Source: Patescibacteria group bacterium
GTDB taxonomy: Bacteria; Patescibacteriota; Patescibacteriia; Patescibacteriales; UBA12465
Reading direction: 5' to 3'
DNA length: 64,000 bases
Assembly (NCBI GenBank): GCA_041665845.1
Contig: JBAYIC010000001.1
Location: forward strand, 73,531-137,530
Position numbers and translations under genes: made by a program. The notes under the pieces were generated by a model. The model was not told the origin of the DNA. It did no database searches and was given only the letters and a program-made list of their open reading frames with translations. Numbering within the stretch: position 1 is the first letter of the stretch; every line of letters starts with the position of its first letter. Positions 18,991 through 27,292 of the stretch are shown piece by piece.

Positions 18991-19719
18991 TTATTGCTCC
19001 AACTCTTCTATTGCTTCATTTAATACTTCTAGCAATAACCGAGAATTATCATATACATGTTGCCAATAAGCGGCTGGTTGGTGTATAGAGCTCGGTATAT
19101 AATCTAACTTACTTTTTTGCGCCGCAGTCAAATCTACCTTGTTATAAGCACTATCATATTCTTCATATTCGCAATCAGATAAGCCCATTTGCTTACGATA
19201 CGGCCGCCAAACTTGATCTAACTTTTCTTGAGCGAGATCTCTCATCTTCTTCGCTTCCTCGCATTTATCACGGAGATTTAAAAGCAAATCAATGCGCCTA
19301 ACATCTTTTTTATCAGAAAGCTTTTCCAGCCTTCGGTCTAAATTATGTTCCAATTTTACAATATTTTTTTCTTCTCCTGTTAAAAACCCTGAAAGGATGG
19401 AATTATCTATTTCTTCCTTTCCTTCAAAACGTATTTTATCTCTTTTCGATTCTATTCCTTCCCACACCCTATGTTCTGGGTCGTCTTCTGAAATACATCC
19501 ATTTCCTTCACCGCGAAAATCTACCAAATCAGACATTTCGATTTCAGAACAAATACTATTATCTTGACGAAACTTTATAAAATCACGCAAAACAACAGCT
19601 TGCTCAAAATCATCTTCTTTAATAGCCTCCTCTAATTGCTTGTTTAAAATATCAATATTTTGATCTGGTATTTTTTCGATGTGGTTTTTGGTTGAAGCAA
19701 ATTGTTTTTCAAAACCCAT
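18991..19719 (-). CDS. hypothetical acidic protein with an N-terminal UVR-like motif
   Basis: 242 aa; LNKQLEEAIKEDDFEQAVVLRDFIKF resembles the UvrB/UvrC-type UVR helix-hairpin. I do not recognise the rest. Confidence 0.4.
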   Translation of the reverse strand: MGFEKQFASTKNHIEKIPDQNIDILNKQLEEAIKEDDFEQAVVLRDFIKFRQDNSICSEIEMSDLVDFRGEGNGCISEDDPEHRVWEGIESKRDKIRFEGKEEIDNSILSGFLTGEEKNIVKLEHNLDRRLEKLSDKKDVRRIDLLLNLRDKCEEAKKMRDLAQEKLDQVWRPYRKQMGLSDCEYEEYDSAYNKVDLTAAQKSKLDYIPSSIHQPAAYWQHVYDNSRLLLEVLNEAIEELEQ

Positions 19720-19725
19720 ATATTT

Positions 19726-20139
19726 CTATTTTATTATGTTCAAAAAAAATTTTAAATCTCTAGCCGAGTTATCATGCAAATCATAATCAAAAACTTTATC
19801 GAGTTTTATCCAATCAAAATCCGCTCCTTCTCCCAACCGCATTTGTGATTTTTCTAGCCGGCTTTCCACAAAAAATATATTCCTATGTCTTTGGCTCCTA
19901 TTGTTAAAATAATTGCATAATGGTTTAATTTGATTTTCCAAAATATCAATATTTAGTTCTTCTTTCATTTCTCGAATAAACGTTTGAACTGGAGTTTCAC
20001 CATTTTCCCCAGCTCCACCAAAAAATGCCCATTGATTAGGATTATGTTCAGTATTTCCGTCTCGTTTGTGTAACAATACCTCTTTCGTTTCAGAATTATA
20101 TAAAAATCCCCCAGCGTATATTTTATCTTTATTTTCCAT
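19726..20139 (-). CDS. Nudix hydrolase
   Basis: 137 aa; Nudix box GGAGENGETPVQTFIREMKEELNI. An 11-nt overlap with the upstream gene. Confidence 0.8.
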   Translation of the reverse strand: MENKDKIYAGGFLYNSETKEVLLHKRDGNTEHNPNQWAFFGGAGENGETPVQTFIREMKEELNIDILENQIKPLCNYFNNRSQRHRNIFFVESRLEKSQMRLGEGADFDWIKLDKVFDYDLHDNSARDLKFFLNIIK

Positions 20140-20542
20140 TTTCCATAATAGTTATCGCCTCCATTATATATTCACTACGCAACTTATTTTTCATATTCTT
20201 AATTTCTTCTAAAGTAAACCAGCCGGCGTTAAGAATTTCATCTTTAGGCCAAGTTAATTCTCCGCCAATAATTCGTGCCTCATAGGCGTGTTTGGGAGGG
20301 GTTTGCGCATGGGCTTGAAATATATCAATCTTACGAATCAACTCAACCTCATATCCAGATTCCTCTTTTGCTTCGCGGATAGCCGCCTCTTCTATTGTTT
20401 CTCCTTCGTCTACTTTTCCGGCCGGAAAATTCCATAATTCATGGATTTTTCCACCGGGACAATTTTCTTGGACCAATAAGTATTTATTATCTCGCTTAAT
20501 AACTACCCCAGCAACAATATTTGTTGTGATTAATGTTTTCAT
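20129..20542 (-). CDS. Nudix hydrolase
   Basis: ORF track runs 20129..20632; the ATG at 20542 (MKTLITTNIVAGVVIKRDNKYLLVQE) avoids overlap with the MazG-like gene. Nudix box PAGKVDEGETIEEAAIREAKEESGY. Confidence 0.8.
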   Translation of the reverse strand: MKTLITTNIVAGVVIKRDNKYLLVQENCPGGKIHELWNFPAGKVDEGETIEEAAIREAKEESGYEVELIRKIDIFQAHAQTPPKHAYEARIIGGELTWPKDEILNAGWFTLEEIKNMKNKLRSEYIMEAITIMENGK

Positions 20543-20552
20543 AATTTTATTT

Positions 20553-20870
20553 TTATTTCCATTCCCTCTTTTTATTAATTTCTTCTTTATTCCTAAAGGC
20601 TGTTTCAAGGTTGATATTATATTGGTTTGCAATTGAAGAAATATAAATTATAATATCGGCCAATTCTTCTTCCACCGATGTAAAACTGGAATTCAAATCA
20701 GTTTTCATCTTTTCGGTCTTTCTCACCGCTTTAAATAACTCACCAACTTCTTCTCCTAAAAGAAGGCAATTTTGAATAGTCGAAACATCCGTAAAACCTC
20801 TTTCCGTTTCAAGTTCTTTTACATACGCTTGAATTTCTTTAAGCGTTGGCTTGTCTTTTAAGATTGGCAT
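20553..20870 (-). CDS. MazG-like all-alpha nucleoside triphosphate pyrophosphohydrolase
   Basis: 105 aa; LLLGEEVGELFKAVRK and EEELADIIIYISSIAN match the MazG EExxE/ExxD helix pair. Confidence 0.7.
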   Translation of the reverse strand: MPILKDKPTLKEIQAYVKELETERGFTDVSTIQNCLLLGEEVGELFKAVRKTEKMKTDLNSSFTSVEEELADIIIYISSIANQYNINLETAFRNKEEINKKREWK

Positions 20871-20873
20871 AAA

Positions 20874-21335
20874 TTATTTCCCATGACATTCTCGAAATTT
20901 TTTCCCACTACCACATAAACAAAGAGGATTTTCACTCAAAAAAGATTTAGTAGCTGGAAAAATATTTTCTGGAAGTGATGCCAATGGAAACCATTTCATA
21001 TCAGAAAATTTATCTGGTTCCATTAACTTAGCTTCTCCGCTATATTTTTTAGCCTTCATGTGAATAGTAACATAGTGTTTATTTTCTTCCGGGTAAACAT
21101 TACTAATCACGCCAACAATATCGACTCCACTGACATCGATACCAACTTCTTCTTTAGTTTCACGGGCGCCTGCTTCTAAAAATGTTTCACCATATTCCAT
21201 GTGCCCACCAGGCGCACACCAAAAACCAGCAGCATGAGCCGAACTTCTAAACGATAACAATAACTCATTATTATCATTAACAAGATAAACACCAACACCA
21301 ACTTTAGGACGAAGATCTTTATTTGTTTCGGTCAT
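20874..21335 (-). CDS. Nudix hydrolase with C-terminal SEC-C zinc-binding motif
   Basis: ORF track runs 20874..21395; the ATG at 21335 (MTETNKDLRPKVGVGVYLV) lies 4 nt after the secA stop. Nudix box PGGHMEYGETFLEAGARETKEEVGI; the C-terminus is CLCGSGKKFRECHGK. Confidence 0.8.
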   Translation of the reverse strand: MTETNKDLRPKVGVGVYLVNDNNELLLSFRSSAHAAGFWCAPGGHMEYGETFLEAGARETKEEVGIDVSGVDIVGVISNVYPEENKHYVTIHMKAKKYSGEAKLMEPDKFSDMKWFPLASLPENIFPATKSFLSENPLCLCGSGKKFRECHGK

Positions 21336-21339
21336 ATTA

Positions 21340-24072
21340 TTATTTCCCATGACATTTCTTATACTTTTTTCCGCTCCCACAAGGGCATAAATCATTGCGT
21401 CCTACTTTATCACCATCTTCATCCTTAACTTTTTCTTTAATCAAATCAATAGTATTACGCTCCTCGGCTTGTTTATGCATTTCTTTCTGAGCACCGGTAA
21501 ATTCAAGTTTCTTCTCTGGTTGGCTCGCAAATAATTTTATCGCTTCATTTTCCATAGTTTGTTCAGCGGCCATTACAAAAGCATCCCCGGTCTTAAAAAT
21601 AGAATAAGCAACATTTTTATTAATTAGTCCATTTAACTCTTGATACATCAAATATGCTTCCTTCTTATACTCAACTAGAGGATCGCGCTGACCATAACCG
21701 CGCAAACCAATTCCACGACGTAAATAATCAATAGTTTCTAAATGTTCAACCCAAAGCTCATCGATTGTTCTAATTAAAATTCCTTTTTCAATACTCTTAA
21801 AATCAACACCAGCCGCATCAAATTTTTCCGACATCACTCTGTATCTATTAGCTATTTCCTCTTCTAAGTAACTTGTAATTGCTTCTCTAATACTATCTGC
21901 TCGTCCACCAGCAGCGATAAAAGAAGAAAGTTTTTCCTTTAATTCATCACCGGTTGTAATAATGGTCTTGAGGGTTTCGTATATTTCTTGAATATTCCAT
22001 TCGGCTGTTTGCTCAGAGGCGGTATGAAAAATAATAACATTCTTAACTTCTTCCTTAATCATCGAGACTATAATTTCTGACAATTTTTTAGGAGTCTCCT
22101 CATCTTTATTTACGCCCTCGCTAATATCAATAATTTCACGACGACGTTTATAAATAGAGGTTCGATGTTTATTAATTACATCGTCATATTCAACTAAATG
22201 TTTTCTCATATCAAAATTGTTGCCCTCAACTTTCTTTTGAGCACTTTCAATTGATTTAGAAATCATTTTGTTTTCTATCGGCATATCAGCCGGAACATTT
22301 AGAGTCTTCATTAACCCCTTCATCCTATCGCCGCCGAAAATTCTCATTAAATCATCATCGGTCGAAACATAGAACTGTGAAGAACCAGGATCGCCCTGGC
22401 GTCCGGCGCGGCCTCTTAACTGATTATCAATGCGGCGTGATTCATGACGTTCGGTACCAACAACATGCAAACCGCCTAAATTTCTAACTTCTTCTTGTTC
22501 TTCTTTAATCGGAGGATTACCGCCTAAAATAATATCAACACCACGACCAGCCATATTAGTGGCGAGTGTAATTGCACCTTTGCGTCCGGCCTGAGCGACT
22601 ATTTCCGCTTCTTTTTGATGGTTTTTAGCATTTAACATGAGCGGTCTTAAGCCTTCACGTTCCATAAGTTCAGTTAAAATTTCGTTCTTTTCAATAGAAA
22701 TCGTACCGATTAAAATCGGTTGGCCTTTAGCATTTCGTTCTTTAACATCACGGATAACGGCATGAAATTTATCCATTTCCGTGCGATATATCAAATCATT
22801 TAAATCTTTTCTAATGTTTGCTTTATTAGTCGGGATAACAATCGTTTCTAATTTATAAATCTTATGGAATTCTTCCGCTTCGGTCGCGGCTGTTCCGGTC
22901 ATACCTGATAGCTTCTTATACATTCTAAATAAATTCTGAAAAGTAATAGTCGCCATGGTTTGCGATTCTTTTTGAACCTGTACACCCTCTTTAGCCTCAA
23001 TCGCTTGATGCAAACCTTCGCTATAACGACGACCTGGCATCATGCGACCGGTAAATTCATCAACGATAATAATTTCACCGTCTTTTACAACATAATCTCT
23101 ATCTCGTTTGAACAAAACCCTAGCCTTTAAAGCTTGCTCAAGATGATGGACTTCCTTTATTCCACCTTCAACATAAATATTTCCCAAACCTAAGATTTTT
23201 TCTACTTTAGTAATTCCGCCTTCCGTTAGAGTTGAAGCGCGTAATTTTTCATCAACATTATAATCTTCATTTTCCTCCAAATGTTCAACAATTTGCGCAA
23301 ACTTAGTATACCTATCGCCAGATTCTTCGGCTGGAGCGGAAATAATTAAAGGAGTTCTAGCTTCATCAATTAAAATAGAATCAATTTCATCAACAATCGC
23401 ATAATGAAGTGAGCGTTGAACAGTCTGATCTAAAGAATAAACCATGTTATCTCTCAAATAATCAAATCCAAATTCATTATTAGTCCCGTAAGTAATATCG
23501 CAATAATAGGCTTCGCGACGTGGAACACGACGAAAATGTTGTAAACGCTCGTCAAATTGACTTTCATCAATATGGGAGGGGTCATAAATATAAGCATTAT
23601 CATGAATAATAACACCAATGCTCATACCAAGCGCATAATAAACTGGAGCCATCCAACCAGCGCCAACTCGAGCTAAATAATCGTTAACGGTAATTAAGTG
23701 AACACCTTTTCCTTCAAGAGCATTTAAATACATCGGTAAGGTCGCAACTAAAGTTTTACCTTCACCAGTTCTCATTTCCGCAATCTGACCGCGATGAAGA
23801 ACCATGCCGCCAACTAGCTGAACGTCGTAATGTCTTTGACCTAATATACGACTAGCCGCTTCTCTAACTGCCGCAAAAGCTTCGGGCAAAATATCGTCTA
23901 AAGATGAGCCATTTTCAAGACGATTTTTAAAATCTCCGGTCTTAGCTTTTAGCTCGTCTTCCTTCAATTTCTTATATTCTTCCTCTAGACCATTAATCTT
24001 ATCGACTATTGGTTGCATCTCTCTAATTACTTTATCGTTTGCATCTGGGAACAATTTGCTGAAAATACTCAT
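21340..24072 (-). CDS. secA: preprotein translocase ATPase SecA
   Basis: ORF track starts at TTG 24093; the ATG at 24072 gives MSIFSKLF. Walker A MRTGEGKTLVATLP, DEAD-like VDEIDSILIDEARTPLIIS, and the C-terminal SEC-C motif CPCGSGKKYKKCHGK. Confidence 0.95.
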   Translation of the reverse strand: MSIFSKLFPDANDKVIREMQPIVDKINGLEEEYKKLKEDELKAKTGDFKNRLENGSSLDDILPEAFAAVREAASRILGQRHYDVQLVGGMVLHRGQIAEMRTGEGKTLVATLPMYLNALEGKGVHLITVNDYLARVGAGWMAPVYYALGMSIGVIIHDNAYIYDPSHIDESQFDERLQHFRRVPRREAYYCDITYGTNNEFGFDYLRDNMVYSLDQTVQRSLHYAIVDEIDSILIDEARTPLIISAPAEESGDRYTKFAQIVEHLEENEDYNVDEKLRASTLTEGGITKVEKILGLGNIYVEGGIKEVHHLEQALKARVLFKRDRDYVVKDGEIIIVDEFTGRMMPGRRYSEGLHQAIEAKEGVQVQKESQTMATITFQNLFRMYKKLSGMTGTAATEAEEFHKIYKLETIVIPTNKANIRKDLNDLIYRTEMDKFHAVIRDVKERNAKGQPILIGTISIEKNEILTELMEREGLRPLMLNAKNHQKEAEIVAQAGRKGAITLATNMAGRGVDIILGGNPPIKEEQEEVRNLGGLHVVGTERHESRRIDNQLRGRAGRQGDPGSSQFYVSTDDDLMRIFGGDRMKGLMKTLNVPADMPIENKMISKSIESAQKKVEGNNFDMRKHLVEYDDVINKHRTSIYKRRREIIDISEGVNKDEETPKKLSEIIVSMIKEEVKNVIIFHTASEQTAEWNIQEIYETLKTIITTGDELKEKLSSFIAAGGRADSIREAITSYLEEEIANRYRVMSEKFDAAGVDFKSIEKGILIRTIDELWVEHLETIDYLRRGIGLRGYGQRDPLVEYKKEAYLMYQELNGLINKNVAYSIFKTGDAFVMAAEQTMENEAIKLFASQPEKKLEFTGAQKEMHKQAEERNTIDLIKEKVKDEDGDKVGRNDLCPCGSGKKYKKCHGK

Positions 24073-24160
24073 ATTTTTTCTATTAATAACCAAAAAATTG
24101 CCGAATCAAACGGCTTTTATTCTAAGTTCAGTATAATACGGATTTTCAATAAAATAAATA

Positions 24161-24189
24161 TTGACAAAATATAGATAAAATTATAGTAT
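24161..24189 (+). promoter_or_regulatory. candidate sigma70-type promoter for the MutS-like gene
   Basis: TTGACA (24161..24166), 17-nt spacer, TAGTAT (24184..24189). A perfect TATAAT also occurs at 24204..24209 with a poor -35. Confidence 0.4.
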
Positions 24190-24190
24190 T
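24176..24190 (+). repeat. 15-nt exact repeat taaaattatagtatt, copy A
   Basis: Identical to 31363..31377. Both copies end exactly 56 nt before the ATG of a plus-strand gene (24247 and 31434). Confidence 0.9.
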
Positions 24191-24246
24191 AAAAATTAAA
24201 TTGTATAATTAAAAACTGAATATTAAACAACCAAAAAAAGAAAATC

Positions 24247-26199
24247 ATGAAAAAAAACACGACGACCGTAAGCTCTCCTGGTTTTTTTTGGAGAAACAAC
24301 CCCAAGCTTAAAAAGCTTGTAGTATTGAACCCTGGCGATTTTCATCGCCCAGAAATAAAAATGCTTTCCCGCTTTAAAGAAAACTGCGGGTTAAATGATT
24401 TCGAAGAGATTAGGGCAAGAAACGAACTCTTGACGTTCATGCAGAATCATCCCGAATTTCGTCTCAAGCTTAATGAGATCATGCCATTGTTAGAAAACAC
24501 CGTTTCTCTTCCTATGTCAGAAAACGATTTTCTTGCATTTTACGAGCAAGATAATGCTTACTGGAAACTAACTGATAGCTTTCTTTCCACCCTTAAACTC
24601 AATGATGACTGTCCACAAAGAGTAAAAGAGTTTATGAACGCTATGGCAGCTGCTAACGGTTTAAGGGTCTATGAAAAAAACATGGCCGAACGTATTTCTG
24701 CAGATTTGAAAAAAGTAACCTTCATGGAGGGCATATTGGAATTTAATCTGCAGAATGAAAAAGAGATTGAACACACAATTATCGGACAACGCGCTTTCAG
24801 TTCTGCTTGGTCGTACAATTACACGGCGCCCATTCCAAAATTCATCAAAAATGGATGGCTGTTTAAAGTATTAGGAATCACTAAATTAATCCAGGTATTA
24901 GCCGACAAAAAAGCAGAGAGAGAATCAAAACGTTCGGCCCTTATTCTGAAAATGCCGGACAAACTAAAAGAGGACATCATCCATGGGATTAACGGACTTA
25001 TCTATCCTGGCTATAAAACAACCGGGATACGATTTAATACCTTGAAATCTGACTCCACTGAAGAAACACACGAGATATTTGATTTTCTGCGCAAAATGCC
25101 AGGGACGGATATATTAGTAAGCTTCAACTATGGAGATTCGGGGCTAAGCATTACACCGCTTAGCATTAAGCTGCACAATATTAAGGATGCTTATCTGCGG
25201 ACTGAGATTGGATATCAATACAAAGGATATACAAATGAAGAGGCAAAATTAATACAGAACCGGCTGGAAGAGGCAAAGACTAAAGCAAATGCGATATCAG
25301 CTATTGAAAAAGCATCAAAAACAATTGCTTTTTTTGCAGAACATCTCGACTTTTGTCTGAGGAGAACTTATAAGATATCTTCCACAGGAACTGATACAGA
25401 GTTTCGTTGGAATTTTCTGAATAATATCTATAATACCGAAGACAATCGGCCTATTTGCAAGGAGTTATTAAGCAACAGAAAATTTTTCTGGGGAATGGTC
25501 TCTGAATTGTATGAAATAAGCAATTTATTGGAGGTTTTTGAAAACCTGGCTAAAGAAAAAAATGTTCCTTTATGTATTCCAAAAATTATGAACGGAAAAA
25601 GCGGAATCACTTTCAAGAATCTTGCTCCTATCGATATGTTCGAGCAAAAAAAGAAAATGTATCCCTTCTCTTTTCCGGAAATAAATGGTCGCATGATTTG
25701 TTTGACAGGTAGGCATGGCCGAGGGAAAAGTGTCGCTGGCAACAGTGTACTTCAAGCTCTCTGGTTGGCTCAATCAGGACTCCCGGTATTTGCGGAATCA
25801 TTTGAATTTGATGTAAAAGATGTAATCGGTGCTGTTACTAATGATACTGGTGATGGCTCCAAGGCTACGGTTTTTGTTAAAAAAACTAAAAACCTATTAC
25901 AAAACATTCAAAAAGTACCAGTAGAAAAATCGCTTATTTTCATTGACGAGATTGGAAATGGTACTCAAGAAGATGCCGGGCTTGAACTCGGTAAATTGAT
26001 TTTGAACACTTTGGCTGACAAGAAATACAGCGTAATTTTCAACACCCAAATTATGGCTCTAGCAGAATACGCTGAAAAAAATCTTGAAGCTAAATGTTTA
26101 AAGGTGGATAAAAACCATCAATTCTCTCCTGGAATCGGTCAAGGTGAAATGACTGAACTCATTAAAGAACTTGGGTTAACCAAGTATTTGAAAAGATGA
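24247..26199 (+). CDS. MutS domain V-like ABC ATPase with an unrecognised N-terminal region
   Basis: 650 aa. The C-terminal ~170 aa carry a Walker A LTGRHGRGKS, a MutS-like LQALWLAQSGLPVFAESFEF, a Walker B LIFIDEIGNGTQEDAG and a terminal F.PG.G.G pattern. No recognisable mismatch-binding domain and no Smr or nuclease tail. Confidence 0.6.
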   Translation: MKKNTTTVSSPGFFWRNNPKLKKLVVLNPGDFHRPEIKMLSRFKENCGLNDFEEIRARNELLTFMQNHPEFRLKLNEIMPLLENTVSLPMSENDFLAFYEQDNAYWKLTDSFLSTLKLNDDCPQRVKEFMNAMAAANGLRVYEKNMAERISADLKKVTFMEGILEFNLQNEKEIEHTIIGQRAFSSAWSYNYTAPIPKFIKNGWLFKVLGITKLIQVLADKKAERESKRSALILKMPDKLKEDIIHGINGLIYPGYKTTGIRFNTLKSDSTEETHEIFDFLRKMPGTDILVSFNYGDSGLSITPLSIKLHNIKDAYLRTEIGYQYKGYTNEEAKLIQNRLEEAKTKANAISAIEKASKTIAFFAEHLDFCLRRTYKISSTGTDTEFRWNFLNNIYNTEDNRPICKELLSNRKFFWGMVSELYEISNLLEVFENLAKEKNVPLCIPKIMNGKSGITFKNLAPIDMFEQKKKMYPFSFPEINGRMICLTGRHGRGKSVAGNSVLQALWLAQSGLPVFAESFEFDVKDVIGAVTNDTGDGSKATVFVKKTKNLLQNIQKVPVEKSLIFIDEIGNGTQEDAGLELGKLILNTLADKKYSVIFNTQIMALAEYAEKNLEAKCLKVDKNHQFSPGIGQGEMTELIKELGLTKYLKR

Positions 26200-26230
26200 T
26201 CATAAAAATAATTATAAATTGTCCTTTGCA

Positions 26231-26262
26231 AAAAAGCTGCTTTAACTAAAAGCAGCTTTTTT
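26231..26262. terminator. bidirectional intrinsic terminator between convergent genes
   Basis: aaaaaGCTGCTTTtaactAAAGCAGCttttt: a perfect stem flanked by an A-run and a T-run. Confidence 0.8.
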
Positions 26263-26283
26263 CTTTGCCAAACATCCAAGAAA

Positions 26284-27267
26284 TTATTCCTTATGCGCCC
26301 TGTTATCAACTTCGTATTTAGTATTTTGAGCCTCAAAGAAATTAACGAGTTCTAAAGTATCAGTTTCCGTCGCCATCCATTGGGCCGGATTAATCGTTTT
26401 AAAATGAGGCTCAAAGCCTAATTCCTCCAAACGTCTATCGGCAATATATTCAACATATTGATTAACATAATCAGCATTTATTCCCAAGATTCCGCGAGGA
26501 AACATATCACGATTATAAGCCGTCTCTAAATTAACGCCATCAATAACAATATTTTTTATTTCTTCAGCAAATTCAGGAGTAGCTAACTCTGGATTTTCTT
26601 CCAAAATTGTTAAAATTAAATTAATGCCAAATTTAAGATGTAGACTTTCATCACGAACTACCCAATCAATCATTGAGCCGAAATTCTTTAATTTTTGTTT
26701 CTGACGAAAACTTAAAGCAACCATAAAGCCGGAATAAAACCAAGTTCCTTCCATAACAATATTATAGGCGACCAAATTACGAACGAATTCCCTTTTCCCG
26801 TCGAGCGTTTCAATATCTAAACTCGTATCGTTCATGCGATTTAAAAATTTAGAAATAAAATCTTCTTTAGCTTTAATGGATGGGATTTCTAAATGTTGAG
26901 CAAAAATCTTTTCCTTATCAAGTGGAAAAGTTTCTAAAACATATTCAAAGGCAACGCAATGATTTGCTTCTTCCCACATCTGCTTGGCTAGATATAAGTG
27001 TGCTTCCGGCGCCTTTAAATACGGATAGACTCCAAGCGCTAAAGTCCGGTTAACAATTAACTCGCCCGGATTGAAAAAACTCATCAAAAAACTAACCGCC
27101 CCTTTTTCATCTTCAGTCATCTTGCGCCAATCATCCAAATCTTCCCCCAGCGCTATTTCATGCGGAAACCAAGTATTAGCTACCGCCTGATTATATAAAT
27201 CATAAGCCCATTGATATTTAATGGGGCGAAGATTCATATCTTCGTTTAGTGGTTTTCCTAATATCAT
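26284..27267 (-). CDS. nrdB: ribonucleotide reductase small subunit, R2c-like (Phe at the radical-Tyr position)
   Basis: The ORF track (26284..27465) runs into nrdA. Plausible starts are ATG 27267 or ATG 27237 (MNLRPIKYQWAYDLY). Ferritin-like ligand motifs are FFNPGELIV, EEANHCVAF, MEGTWFYSGF and RDESLHLKF. Confidence 0.85.
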   Translation of the reverse strand: MILGKPLNEDMNLRPIKYQWAYDLYNQAVANTWFPHEIALGEDLDDWRKMTEDEKGAVSFLMSFFNPGELIVNRTLALGVYPYLKAPEAHLYLAKQMWEEANHCVAFEYVLETFPLDKEKIFAQHLEIPSIKAKEDFISKFLNRMNDTSLDIETLDGKREFVRNLVAYNIVMEGTWFYSGFMVALSFRQKQKLKNFGSMIDWVVRDESLHLKFGINLILTILEENPELATPEFAEEIKNIVIDGVNLETAYNRDMFPRGILGINADYVNQYVEYIADRRLEELGFEPHFKTINPAQWMATETDTLELVNFFEAQNTKYEVDNRAHKE

Positions 27268-27292
27268 ATATGTAAAAATATTAATAAATAAA

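Noticed and set aside
20543-20632. N-terminal extension of the third Nudix ORF overlapping the MazG-like gene by 80 nt
   Set aside because: The extension (MQTNIISTLKQPLGIKKKLIKRGNGNKNKI) is the alternate-frame reading of the MazG-like 3' end. The ATG at 20542 gives a normal Nudix N-terminus with no overlap.
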